The position numbers and the translations under genes are program-made. From NCBI GenBank assembly GCA_030324005.1, contig JARDVH010000084.1, positions 91,356,867-91,420,866 of the forward strand: a stretch of DNA of 64,000 bases, given 5' to 3'. The DNA is from Negaprion brevirostris. Its lineage: Eukaryota. How positions within the stretch are numbered: the first letter of the stretch is position 1; every line of letters begins with the position of its first letter. Below, piece by piece: positions 13,153 through 25,983 of the stretch. Below the pieces are notes generated by a model. That model was given only the letters and a program-made list of their open reading frames with translations. It searched no databases and was not told where the DNA came from.

Positions 13153-13478
13153 GGGCGGTATGGTGGCACAGTGGTTAGCACTGCTGTCCCACAGCTCCAG
13201 AATCGTGTATTCGCTTCAGGTCCCTGGTGACTGTGGACTTTGCATGGTCTCCCTGTTTCTGTAGGGATTTTCTCTGGGTGCTCCAGTTTCCTCCTGCAGT
13301 CTAAAGATGCAGGATTAGGTTGATTGGACATCCTAAGTTGCCCCTCAATGTCAGGTGAATTCGCAGGGTAAATCACAAGGGTCGGATTTACGGGGATAGG
13401 GCCTGAGTGAGATTGCTGTTGATGCAGGCTGTATGGGTTGAATGGCCTATTTCTGATCTGTATGGATTCTGTTCTACT
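13153..13478 (+). mobile_element. HE1-type tRNA-derived SINE with CR1-like tail
   Basis: ggtggcacagtggttagcactgctgtcccacag head, tgctccagtttcctcc core, tail aatggcctatttctgatctgtatggattct. Confidence 0.9.
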
Positions 13479-13914
13479 GAGGCTAGTATTCGAGGAAATA
13501 GCTGCAATTAGATATTTTCCAACCATCCAATGTGTACTCTTTATTTAATGTGGTCGGACGCAAACATCATTTACCTGCTGTTTTTTCCAAGAGTTGTCTC
13601 ACTGCAAGGTAAATGGCATTTGTAAGATTTAAATTTTGTTCGGTAAACTGATATATTTGGACGATTTTAAGCAATCTTAATCAGTAGGTGTGATCCATAA
13701 TTTTAACATCACCAAAGCAGATTGGTAAACTGTGCATCCCTCCTTGCCTCCATATCAATGTCTTATTTGGACACTGGTGACAATCGTTTTAGTCTTAATC
13801 GGGGTAGACTACGAAATGCTAAAAAATCGGGCATAGTTTAATTAGATGGCAGGCTGTCATCGTAATCATCGCGATTCCAAGAGGAAGTAATATGGAACTC
13901 CTAGACCCGATGTC

Positions 13915-14200
13915 AGACCGCAGACCATAAGACAAGGCGCAGAAGTAGGAGAATCCGATCCATCGAGTCTGCTCTGCTACTCCATGAGATTGATTGATAT
14001 GATAACCCTCAAAGTCACTTTCCCACCTGTCACTTTACAACGTTGATTACCTTACTAAAAATCTTTCCATCTCAGCCTTGAACACACTTGATGATTCCAC
14101 CTCTGACCCTCTCTGCGAAAAAGATTCAATTGATTCACCACACACACCGTGAGAAGAAAATACACCCCATCTCTATCTTACTCTGAGATTATGCACCTTT
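13915..14200 (-). mobile_element. CR1 LINE 3' fragment
   Basis: agaccataagacaaggcgcagaagtagga..catcgagtctgctctgct, a CR1 3' UTR in reverse. Confidence 0.75.
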
Positions 14201-14685
14201 TGAAGCCCTCATCTCTATTAATTAAGAATACTTAATCCAAAGCAACTAATTTCACCATCCTTTCCTCCATCCCTGAAGCAATTCTGCTATGATAGAATAG
14301 TGTCAGCTGAGTTTTATTTGGGATCCCATTCTTTTCCGTCCTTTCATTCTCCTCTGATTTTCGTCCAGTGGGCTCTCCGTTCCTAAATCATGGGGGTTTT
14401 CATATCTCTTCCTGTGATCACATTTGATGAGAGATCGTTTGTCATACATAACGAAAGCAGCCACTTCTGTGTGCTTATATTGCTGTCTGTGCGCCTGCGA
14501 CCAAGGCTTATGTTTTTAGACCTGCAATTTTAATCTAGCATACCTGTCGGACAACTAAGAGCGTGTTACAGGAATTATGCTTATTGGAGGAACTAATGAA
14601 AATCGTTGTTCTACTTCTGTTCTCTTCCATCCTAAGGAGTTCCCGACTCGCACACTAGGCCTAATTTAAATATTTGTTATTAGAT

Positions 14686-15040
14686 GGGGAAGAAGTGGCG
14701 TAGTGGGTATTGTCACTCGACTGGTTATTCAGTTATACCGGGGAAAGACCTGAGGATTCGGGTTCAAATCCCACAGATGATGAAATTTGGATTAAATTTA
14801 AACATCTGGAATTAAAAATTTAAATCCATGAAACTACTGCTGTCAACATCCATTTGGTTCATGACTGTCCTTCAGCAAGGAGAATCTGCAATCTTACCTG
14901 GACTGGTCTCCAGATCCAGAGCAATGGCACTGACTCTCAAGCCCTCTGCAATTGGGGGCAGGTGGCGATGCACAGTAAATGCTAGCCAAGCCAGTGAACC
15001 TGCGTGCACACCTTACCTTAGATATCTATGTTAAAAAAGT
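14686..15040 (+). mobile_element. tRNA-derived SINE (tail shared with the 12640 LINE family)
   Basis: A box gtggcgtagtggg, B box gggttcaaatccc, tail taaatgctagccaagccagtga. Confidence 0.75.
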
Positions 15041-15129
15041 AATTTGTCAAGACTGCTGTGTGTCGAGTGCCCGACTGACGTTTTGAACCAGGCCAATCAC
15101 GTCTGCAAAAGTACTTGAGGAGATGTGGC

Positions 15130-17830
15130 TCAGGGTCATGTAAGGCCCAGCTTATGACACTGTGACACATCAGCGAGGGAGAGAATTAACTGAGCACTTA
15201 GTTTCAGCGGTTGATCACACGGCTGAATATGCCTTGCGCATGTGAAGTGGGAGAGAGCCTGAGTGAGGCCGTCAGAGTGGGATTGGAATTTGGTAATTTG
15301 GAGCAGTGTGGTAATGAAAGAGTTAGGTGATAAATCTAATTTTCCTGTTTTTTTCAGTAATAAGTGTAGTGATATAGTTAGTTGTAAAAAATGAACTACC
15401 CTACCCAAATAGCTGAGTAGCAGTTATTTGCCAAACACCTAAAGAATGACCAGAGGCAAAAGATGTAAATTGTGATCTTCTGTTTGAAACCTATCTGGTG
15501 TGTGAGTCATTTTTGCCCAGCTGAACATGAAGTAAGAGCCAGTCATAAGAATACTCTCAGCCAGCTTTGTGCACGTGAAGGGGGAGACAGCCTGAGCGAG
15601 GAGACAGAGTGGGATTGAAATTTGGTAATTTGGAGCATTGTGGTAATTAAAGAGGGAAGCGGTAAATTTAATTTTCCCGTTTTTTCAGTTATGAATTTAG
15701 TTGTCTGTCAGTTGATAAAAATGAGCTGCTCCCACCCAAATAGCTGACCGGTAGTTATCTATCAATCACCTGAAGATGATAAGAGTCAAAAGGTATAAAA
15801 CGCACTCTTCTGTTTGAAGTGTAACTGGTGCGTGAATCATTTCAGTCCAACTGATCTCGAGATGCATAAGCGCACTCTCACTAATCTTGTGCACATGAAG
15901 TGGGAGAAAGCCTGATTGAGAAATCCAGGGTGGGATTGAAACTTGGTCATTTTGGGTAGTGTGGTAATTCGATGAAGCGTGAGAGGAGGTGCTTCTTCCG
16001 TTTTTCTTTTGTTTACTTTCTTCTTGCTTTGTGACTGTTTAGCTGTATGGACAGATCCAGAAAGCATCCTGGGAAGGTAAATGATATAAAGACGTACCTC
16101 GGGTATCGGCAGCGTTAAGTGAAGGTAAGAGTTTAATTAACTTTCTTACATAATTTATTTGCTGATAGAAACGTTCGTCAGTGGGGCTAAGTGCTGCATT
16201 TGTGAGATATGGGAGACCATGACTCTTCTAGTGTCTTGGGCGACTACATCTGCAGGAAGTGGATCCAATAGGCCACATGGATAGGTTTGTGCACCTGTTG
16301 GATGCACTTCGGAGTATGAAGGTGGCGGAAAGTGTCATAGACAGGAGTTTCAGTGATGTGATGACACTCAAGATGCAGCCAGATAGACTGGTTGACGATT
16401 GGATGGGGTAGGCAGTCAATTCAGGATTCTCCTGTGGCCATGCCCCTATCTAACAGGTATATTGTTAGCGGCAATGTCTTATCAGGGGATAGCAGCAGCA
16501 GCAGCAGCAACCAGTGTAGTGGCACCACGGTTGGCTCTATTGTTAAATAGAGAGGGAAAAAAATCACTAGAGCAATATTTAGAGGGCGCTGAATAGTTAG
16601 GGATAGAGATACGCGCTTCTTTGGAAGTGAAAGAGACTCCAGGATGGTATGTTGCCTCTGTCGTGCTAGGATCCAGGATTCCCTGAACGGGCAGAAAACA
16701 TTCTGAAGGGAGAGGGTGAATAGCAAGTGATCACTGTACCTATTGGTAACAACACAGGTCAGAACAATGACGAGATCCTGCAACAGCAGTTTAGGTAGGT
16801 AGTTAAAAAAAAGGGCCCCTATGGTTGTAATCTCAGGATTACTCTCTGTGCCACGTGCCAGTGAGACTAGAAATATGAATATAGTCCAGCGCAACACAAG
16901 GCTACACAGCTGGTGTAGGATGGAGGGTTTCACATACCTAGGCCATTGGGATTCCTTCCGGGGCAGAGGGATCATCTACAAGAAGGATAGGTTACTTCTA
17001 AACTGGAGGGGCATACATAATTTGGCCGGGAAATTTGCTAGTGTCATGCCGGAGGATTTAAACTAGTTTGGTAAAGGGGTAGAAAACAAAGCAAATGTTA
17101 ATTAACTGGAAGAAAATTCGGGAGTCGGGCCAGTAAACCCCACATGAAGAGCATGCATTGTTTCGTTGCTGCTCGAATACGGTCTTGTGCACTGAAGAGC
17201 ATTTGTTTCAATGCGAGAAGTGTAGTAGGTAAAGCAGATTAGATTAGAGCTTGAATTAGTGTTGGGAACTATGATGTTTTTACCATTAAAGAGAATTGGT
17301 TAAAGGAAATACAGGACTGGCAGCTTAACATTCCAGGGTACAAATATTTCACGCGGGATTGAGGGGTTGTAAAAGGTATGGGGGAATTGTACGATTGGTT
17401 AAGGAAAATGTCACAGCTGTGCTGGGGGAGGACACCTTGGAAGGCTCATATGACGGGTCAAGATAGATAGAGTTCGGGCAGAGGAAGGGTGTAGTCAAAA
17501 TGTTGGGGGCCTGCCCAAAGCCAGTGGGAGATAGAGGAACAGATATGTAGGCAGATTTTGGCAAGGGGTAAAAGTAGCAGGGTTGCTGTGGTGGGTAATT
17601 TTAACTTCCCCTGTGTTGACTAGGACTCAACAAGTGTAAGGTGCCTGGATATAGCAGAATTTGTAACGATCACCCAGGGGGGCTGCATGATCCAGTATGT
17701 CGATAGTCCAACTCCTGAAGGGGCCGTTCTGGGCCCGGTACTGTGGAATGAGCCCGGACAGGCGGTCACTGTTTCAGTAGGGGAACAGTTCGGGAAAAAT
17801 GATTTCAATTCAGTAAGCTATAATGTACTG
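15130..17830 (+). mobile_element. CR1 LINE 5' portion: repeated 5' UTR, ORF1 (Cys motif + SGNH esterase), start of ORF2 APE endonuclease
   Basis: KCCICEIWE and DYICRK (~16190-16260); RDSRMVCCL; VVISGLLSVPRASETRN..WCRMEGFTYLGHW (ORF 16821); ICFNARSVVGKAD (~17200) APE start. Confidence 0.92.
15236..15975 (+). repeat. Diverged ~325-bp tandem monomers (two full, one partial) in CR1 5' UTR
   Basis: gca(t/c)gtgaag.gggaga.agcctga..gtgggattg.aa.ttggt.att recurs at ~15238, 15571 and 15891. Confidence 0.9.
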
Positions 17831-18186
17831 CATAGATAGTTTGAACAATTAGATAATAAATTAAATAACGGAACCACTGAAGTTTTAATCTCCTGATTGG
17901 GACCCAAGTCGCGTACATGTTGGCATTACGTATGCAAAATTGGGAGCTGAATGCGTCATTGAAAGACTTCTGTGGGAGAAGTGGGTTTTTGTGTGTGCGC
18001 CATTGGCAACAGCACTGGGAAAGTGGGGGCCATATCTCTGGGATGGCCTGCATCGAACCGTGCTGAAACCAGGGTTCTTGCAAATAGTGTAACTGGTAAG
18101 TAGAGAAGACCTCAAAGTAAATAGGAGCGGAATGGTTCTGAGGGAGAGCACGTGTGCATTCAATGTGAAAGGATATGGCACAGTAA

Positions 18187-20616
18187 GACGTCTCACAACA
18201 CCAGGTTAAGTTCCAACAGGTTTATTTGGAATCACAATCTTTCGAAGAGCTGTTCCTTCATCAGGTGAGTGTGTAGGTAGATTTCACAAACACGACATAT
18301 GCAGCCAAAGGCTCAATTGCAAGGTAATAGTTGGAATGCAAGTTTTAAGCTAATCAAATGCTCACAGGTACAGACAATGCGAGTGGAGGGAGGGATAATC
18401 ACAGGTTAAAGAAGTGTGAATAGTCTCAAGCCAGGAAAATTAGTGGATTTTGGAAGCCCAGACCAAATATTGGGATTACATGTAGTATGACATGAAGCCA
18501 AGATCCCAGTTGAGGCCATCCTCTTGCGTGCGGAACTTTACTATTAATTTTTGCTCGGCGATTCTGCTTTGTTGTGTGCCTTGAAGGCCACCTTGGAGAA
18601 TGCTTACCCGAAGATCGGAGGCTGAACGTCCTTGACTGCTGAAGCCCTCCCCAACTGGAAGGGAACACTCCTGCCTGGCGATTTGTAGCACGGTGCCCAC
18701 TCATCCAACTTACTCCCTGCGTGGGAGATGTCTACTTCCTCCAAAGAACACAAGGCCAACACACCCGGGGGTTCCTTGGTATCAGTCAATGGAACCCCAT
18801 GTGAGAACCTCTCTGGCTACATCGAAGGCATCTAGAACCCATCGTACAAAGGAACCCTCAACTTCTGCCGTGACACCACGGACATTTACAGAAACTCAGC
18901 ACCCATGGACCAGTTGAATCAGGAACACTCCTCGCCACAATGGACCTTTGGCACTCTACACCAGCATCTCCCAAGACAACGACATTGCTTTTTTTCTCAA
19001 CACCGACAACTGCCAATCTCCAGACACAATTCTACAACTCATCTGGTTCATCTTGGTCCACAACGTCTTTTTATTCGACAACCAGTTCTTCATCCAGCCA
19101 AATAGAACAGCCATGCGGACCACACTAGCACCTCAGTCTGCCAACACCTTCACGGAAATATTCGAACAAAACCTCGTCACCACACAGGACCTTCAACCAG
19201 CGCTATACACCAGAGATATCAATGACATTTTCTCCTTTTGGACCCACAGCAAAGAATCACTGAAAGGTCTACACGATGACATCAACAAGTTCCATCCCGT
19301 CAGCAGATGCTATGGATTACTCTTCAGAATCCGTTGCATTCTTAGACACATGCATGTCCATCAATGACAGTCACCTCGGCACTTCCCTCCACTGGACGCC
19401 CACAGATAACCTCACAATTCTCCACTTCTCCAGCTTCCACCCTCAACACTTTAAAGAAGCCATCCCCTACGGACAAGTCTTTCATAAACACAGGATCTGT
19501 TCAGACGAAGAGGAACGCAACAGACATCTACAGACACTAAAAGGCGCCCTAGTAAGTACGGGATACGACGCTCGACTCATCGATCAGCAGTTCTATCACA
19601 CTGCAGCAAAGAACCGCAATATCTTCTCAGAAGACAAACATGGGACATGACTGACAGATTACCCTTCGTCGCTCAGTAGTTCTCCTGAGCAGAGAAATTA
19701 CAACACCTTCTTCAAAACCTTCAACATGTCATTGCTGAAAATGAATCTCTCGCCAAGGCCATTCCTCCCCTCCCCAACGGCTTGCCTTCAAACAATCACA
19801 CAACCTCAAAAAGGCCATTGTTCGCAGCCTTCAGGAGAAAAGCGACAATGGCATCACACAAACCTGTCACGACAACCTCTGCAAGACGTGCCAGAACTTC
19901 GACATGGGTGCCATGATCACATGTGAGAACACAACCCACTAGATACATGGTGCTTACTCATGCGACTCAGTCAAAATTGTCTATCACATCCGCTGCAGGA
20001 AATGATGTCCAAGACATGGTACATTGGCAAAACCATGCAGATGCTACTACAATGGATAAGCAGACACTGCGCAACAATCACCAGGCAAAAGTGTTCCCTT
20101 CCAGTTGGGGAGCACTTCAGCAATCAAGGACATTCAGCATCCCATCTTTGGGTAAGCGGTCTCTAAGGTGGGTTTCAAGACACACAAGAATGCAGAAATG
20201 CCATGCAGATACTGATAGCCAAGTTCTGCATGCATGAGGATGGCCTCAACTTGGTTCTTTGGTTCATGTCATACTATGTGTAAACCCCACCAGTTGGCCT
20301 GCACTTGCAAAATCCTACTAACTGTCCTGGCTTGTGACATTCATACCTCGTTAACCCGTGATTATCCCTCTCACCACTTGCATTGTCTGTGCTTGTAAGG
20401 ACTTGATTACCTGAAAAGACTTGCATTCCAACCATTATCTTGCAATTGAGTCTTTGCCTATATATGCTACGTTTGTGAAAGCTACCTCTTCACTTCCTGA
20501 TGAAGGAGCAGCTCTCCAAAAACTCGGCATTTCAAATAAACCTGTTGGATTTGGACATGGTGTTGTGTGACTTCGAACCGTGCCCACTCCAGTCCAACGA
20601 TGGTATCTCCACATCA
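18187..20616 (+). mobile_element. Penelope-like retroelement, family A: RT + GIY-YIG with inverted copy of its 3' end at the 5' side
   Basis: ALYTSI..HNVFLFDNQFFIQ..TAM..YTRDINDIF (RT), RICSDEEERNRHL, WYIGKTMQ (GIY-YIG). 18187-18695 is the reverse complement of ~20065-20570. Candidate TSD aaaggatatggcacagta / aaaggctatggcagta. Confidence 0.95.
18231..18270 (-). ncRNA. Minimal type I hammerhead ribozyme motif (degenerate)
   Basis: Minus strand: tcac CTGATGA aggaacagctcttc GAAA gatt gtga; core boxes and stem I retained, stem II weakened. Confidence 0.65.
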
Positions 20617-22619
20617 AAGGCTATGGCAGTATTGGAAGTTCACATAATGATTTCCAGAGTGTCAAGTGAAGGGACAGAGTGTACAAAACAATAAACAACA
20701 GCAGTAACTGGAACTAAAGTAGAAAAAGACAGTGAAAAAACCAAAGAAAAATGTGTTTTTCTTAAATGCACATAGTATATGGTACAATTAAATTAATTAA
20801 CGGCACATGTTCGGGCTAATGACTATGCTTTTATCTTGATGTGTGTACAAGTAGACCGAAGTTTCGAACTAAATATTCAGGGCAATGTGACTTTTTGTAG
20901 AAAAGACTGGAAGAATGCATGGCACGTGTTGGTGGCACGCATTCTTGTTGATACAAGATGGAATAAATAGAATAGCAACAAATGGCCATGGATTGGAAGA
21001 ATTCGTCTGACCGCTGCTCAGAAATAACCAGGGAAGGACCCATATAGTGGGAGTAACCTATAGCCATAGCTACATCATAGGATGGAAAATAAATTGGGTG
21101 ATACCGTTGGCATGTAAAAAGTTGGTGCATTAATCATGGGTGAATTTATTCTTCATGTGCATTGCGAAAATCATGTTGGCAGAGGTAACCATGCCAACGA
21201 TTCAATAGCATGTAATGGGAACAGAATCCTGGAATAAGATGCCGTGACCCAGACAGGAAACAGATTTTTTTGGATCATGAATGTGTAATGAGGCAATTTT
21301 AATCAACTAAGTCAGAGTAATAGATCTCCTGGGTAACCGTGACCACAGAAATCGAATTTAGCATTCACTTTGATGGTGATGAACCTGGGTGAAAACCAAG
21401 TTTGCACGAATTAAAGAAAGGTGATTACAAATGAACGAGAATAGAGGTGGCTGGTGTAGACTGGGAAAAAAAAATCTTCAGAAGATAAGATGTAGGTCAG
21501 CAATGGCAGACATTTATGAAAATATTTCATGACTCACAAAGAGGACATACTCCAGTGAGGAAGGGAATTCTTGGAAGGGGGGTGGGGTGAAGCAACTGTC
21601 CCAGGAAATTAGGATAAACTGCTAGTGAAAGACTAATAAATCGGTGTAGTTGAATTTAGAAATAATTACTGTACAGAAAAGGTATAAAATGCTTGAAAAT
21701 ACAGAGGTACAGTTGCACTGAAACACATAAAACTACTGCTAGAAAATTTAAATATGTATTTTTGAAATATTCTGCGCATCTTTGCAAAAGGAGATTGCCA
21801 CAAGGATAATGGAATGAAAGCTAAGTGAGAAGAACCACATTTTTAAAGAACAATACAGCCATTGAGGATAGTTTTTATTAGTATAATTTACAATTTCCAA
21901 GACACTAACATGAATGGTGCAATTCAATTTCTATTGATAAGAAACACTGGGCAGACAATGAGAATGATAGTGCTTGAATGATACAACCTAAGTGATTGAG
22001 AGACTTGTAAGTGACAAGTGGGTGCAAATTTCCAGAATCTATGGACGAATTAATTTGCATGCTGCCAGAGGGTAGGAAGTAATAGGCCAAGGTAAATAAT
22101 CAATTTTAGCACGATTGAGCTGTCCTATTAAGATGGACAGATTTGGCAAGCAGATGATTTCTGAAAACGTATAACTGCGGAACATGTTGATAATGTAATT
22201 AGAGTAATTTAAGCTGCCTCAAAATGCTCTTCCTCCATGGTGGAACCAATCCCGGGCAATAAATTGCGTCTTCAAATCAGAATTACTGTGTTCTTTGTTA
22301 TTGCTGAGCTGTATTAATAAGGAAAAATCTCCTACATGAAGTCAGCAAAATACATAGGTCTTTGAAAAATTCCTACTTCAACCTTGATAAACCAAGAAAA
22401 CTAAAGGTGTAAGTGAACTAATTTATACAATTTAGCAATGATTAGTAGCAAGCCAGAAGACGTGAAAAGTTTTGAAAAAAAAGACAGCCAAAATAATATA
22501 AAGAGGGGGGAGGTAAACTATGATGTTAAAACCAGCAATGCCAAAATGAAGAGCAAGTGGTTCTTGAAATACACGAACAGAAAAAGGGGCCAAAGTAAGC
22601 ATCGGTCTTTTGATGAATT

Positions 22620-23145
22620 GAGACTGCACAGCACGAGGGACACGGGTTCGATTCCCAGCTTGTGTCACTGTCTGTGTGGAGTTTGCACCGAAGCATGGAA
22701 TGCCCTGACCTGCCCACCTAACCCCACATGCCAATACTTGGCCCATAGCTTTGAATGTTATGGAATGCCAAGTATTCATCCAGGTTCTCTTTAAGGATGT
22801 GAGGCACCACCGCTCCACTACCATCTCAGACAGTGCATTCCAGACGTTCGTCATGTTCTGAGTNNNNNNNNNNAGGATTTTCCTCAAATCACCTCTAAAC
22901 CTCCCATCCCTCACTTTGAACTTGTGTCCCCTCTTAACTGACCCATCAACCACGGGAACTACTGCTCTCTATCCATCATGTCCATGCCTCTCATAATCAT
23001 GAACACCTCAATAGGGTCGCCCCTCAGTCTTCTCCATTCCAGCGAAGATAAACGAAGCCTGTTTGTTTTCAACTTAAATATTCCATCCCAGGCAGCATCC
23101 TGGTAATTCTCCTCTGCACACCTCCAGTGCGTTCACATCCTGTGG
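22620..23145. mobile_element. SINE head (+, ~22620-22690) joined to CR1 3' fragment (-, ~22690-23145)
   Basis: gggacacgggttcgattccc B box; minus ORF 22432 RGHKFKVRDGRFRGDLRK..VWNAL is the CR1 ORF2 C-terminus. Confidence 0.85.
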
Positions 23146-23394
23146 CAAAAGTAAAATCGGCAAACTCTTACTGGTTCTTTGCAGAAGTTGTTTACATTCT
23201 GAAAAATAAATGCATGATGTCAGAAAGGTATTTGAAAGCAACACAAAGACATTTCTTAAACATTGTCACAGAAAAACTATGAAGGACCATCCAACTATAG
23301 TAAAGCTATGGCGCAGGAAGTAGTCAATAAGTGTCTGCACCAGCCAGAAAAAAATATTGGCCACTCATNNNNCACCTAGCCCATAGCTTTGCAT

Positions 23395-23870
23395 TTTAAA
23401 ATACTTTGTATGCAGATCCAGGTACAGCTCTTAATGTCAATGCACACAACTTAATTTTTTTTCACTTTAATCTTTTCCTGTCAATTTTATGCTGTTTTAT
23501 TCTGTCCATTTTACTTTCGATACTCATTTTATCCTCCTCACAGCTTACTTTCTGGCCTATAAATGTATCGTCGGCAAAACTGGCTATGATATAATCGGCA
23601 CCTTTATCAAAATCATTAATGTAAGTCGTAAATGCGTATGGTCCCAGCATGTATCCTTACAAATCGATTTTCGTTATAGTTCTCCTGCCTGCAAATAATC
23701 TATTTATTATGACTCCCTGTTTGCAGTTAGTTAGCCAAAGTTCCATTCTTGTAATTATTTCACTCTTTACAGAATGAACTTGTGCAGTAATATTCAGATT
23801 AGTATCTTATTCCATATCTATTGGAAATAGGAGTAATTCTACATCAGTTGGTTCTTCTTCATTCAACCTT
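23395..23870 (-). mobile_element. CR1 RT fragment
   Basis: MLGPYAFTTYINDFDKG..IASFADDT. Confidence 0.85.
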
Positions 23871-24627
23871 CAGCCAAGCTTAGCCATTTTTTCCTTCAAT
23901 CTATGCAAAAGTTTCAACCATCCATGATTATGGCAGTAGTTTACTTCCAAGGTCGAATTATATCTCCATTTTCCTGACACACTGACCTCTCTGTAATTAG
24001 TCTACTATAGAGTTCTGTTGAAAATCGAAGCAACTTCGAGAAACAGCACTTGATCTTGCAAGTGACATTTTACAACGTTTTTGATGAAGTATTGAGTTCA
24101 ACAAATTAGATGGTAACCTCTGTGTCATTCTGCTATTTTTATTCGTTTCTCTCTCTCGCTGTTTTGTCAGTTATGTTGTGTTCAGAGGACAAATCTTTAC
24201 TCATTCTCAGCTTCTCTAAGTATATTTTGTTTTGGCTCTTTACACATCCTCTCGGTCTTACTCCAATCAATATTTGTCCTTTATTGTGTCCTTCCCATCG
24301 GCTAATCACAAATCTCATCTTTAGTTCCTTTCCCATTCCGTTTCTTCATTTACTCAATAACTATTGCCAACTGATTCCGCGTTGTAATTTACCGGTACGG
24401 ACGTTAACTTTTTCTCTCGGCACCAGTACGGCCTGAAATACTGTCTATTTCCAAAGTGTTCTATTCATATTCCACGTTATTTTCTCGTTGTAAAGCATTC
24501 CAAACAATTCAGAAAATTGTGTTAACACAAGATATAAACGTCTGCAATAAATTACGAGTCCTCCATTCAAGAGACACCTGATTTTAAGTCGCTTAAAACG
24601 ACTCATTATTTGTATGAGATTATTTAG

Positions 24628-24938
24628 TTTATTAGTCACAAGTAAGGCTTAGTGCAATGAAGTTACTGTGGGAGGAAGTACCAGCGACCCAGTTCAATTC
24701 CTGGCTTCTCCTCGCACAATTACCTCTAATCGCCACAATCCGGCGTCTGTTCACGTCAATTAACCTAACCAGTAGGTCTTTCAGATTGTGGGAGGAAACC
24801 GGAGCACCCTGACGAAAAACAAGCAGAGACGGGGAGAACGTGCAAACTCCACATAGATAGTGAACCAAGCCGGGAAGCGAACCCGGGTCCCTGGCGCTCT
24901 GAGGAATAAGTATTAACCTTTGTGCCACCATGCCGCCC
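24628..24938 (-). mobile_element. HE1-head SINE with cacagtaacttcattgca tail
   Basis: Reverse complement gggcggcatggtggcacaaagg..gggacccgggttcgcttccc; tail gtgcaatgaagttactgtg. Confidence 0.9.
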
Positions 24939-25983
24939 TATTTACTGCCCCTAATGATGCACTGTAATGAGATTTTCCTGGGTAAGTATGTTTGAGAGAA
25001 TTTAAACATCTTAGAGAACCTCCCTGCTACCTGCCGGTCAACTAATCAAAAGCAATTCTGAGTCTTCCGTTAAGCTCCATGGAATGTCACAATCTCAAAC
25101 TTGAGATGTGGTGGGCTTTTTGAACTGACCTTGGTCCAACTCATTCAATCTTAAACCAAGATAATTGTATTCATCGCTGGCATTATCAAGAGCCAATTCT
25201 AGATATGCATTAATCTATGAATCCGAATCATACATTATGTTGCGTAGTTTACCTTTACACTTCGGGTCAATTCCTATTAAAACCGAAAAGCAAAAAGCAG
25301 ATCAAACACTTTCTGTTAAATTCACAGCACGTACGTTATACGAAGGTCATATTTGATCGAATCGTCAGTAGAAAGGGAAAGCAAAAAAGCGGATACCTGG
25401 AGCGGCATAGAAACAACCTCAAATGCAGTGGATGCTTCCAGACTGAAATTACCCACTTCTTGGGAAAGGTGTTTGTGCGTGTCATTGATGTAAGGGGGTG
25501 GGGGTCGCTAGAGGGGCGAGGGTGTTTTACCTATTGTATTGCAGAAAGTTGTTAAAATACACAGGTGAAAGCAGATGGCTCTAATCTCGTATATTTTGTT
25601 TGAATTCAGGGATTATGTTTTCAGAACGGCTTTTCTCAGTGTCGCCTGGGATCTGGAGCAGCATATGAATTACACATTCCGAAGTATATTTCAAGGACAT
25701 TNNNNNNNNNNNNNNNNNNNNNNNNNNNNNNNNNNNNNNNNNNNNNNNNNNNNNNNNNNNNNNNNNNNNNNNNNNNNNNNNNNNNNNNNNNNNNNNNNNN
25801 NNNNNNNNNNNNNNNNNNNNNNNNNNNNNNNNNNNNNNNNNNNNNNNNNNNNNNNNNNNNNNNNNNNNNNNNNNNNNNNNNNNNNNNNNNNNNNNNNNNN
25901 NNNNNNNNNNNNNNNNNNNNNNNNNNNNNNNNNNNNNNNNNNNNNNNNNNNNNNNNNNNNNNNNNNNNNNNNNNNNNNNNNNN

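Larger units (their letters stand above)
17840..21650 (+). mobile_element. Older CR1 LINE (ORF1 esterase end + ORF2 APE) interrupted by a Penelope element
   Basis: WDGLH esterase motif near 18040; FLNAHSI APE start near 20758; flanks of the Penelope insertion are continuous. Confidence 0.75.

Noticed and set aside
13153-13225. tRNA-like A/B boxes here and at 14686
   Set aside because: These are SINE heads followed by SINE bodies; no cloverleaf tRNA gene.
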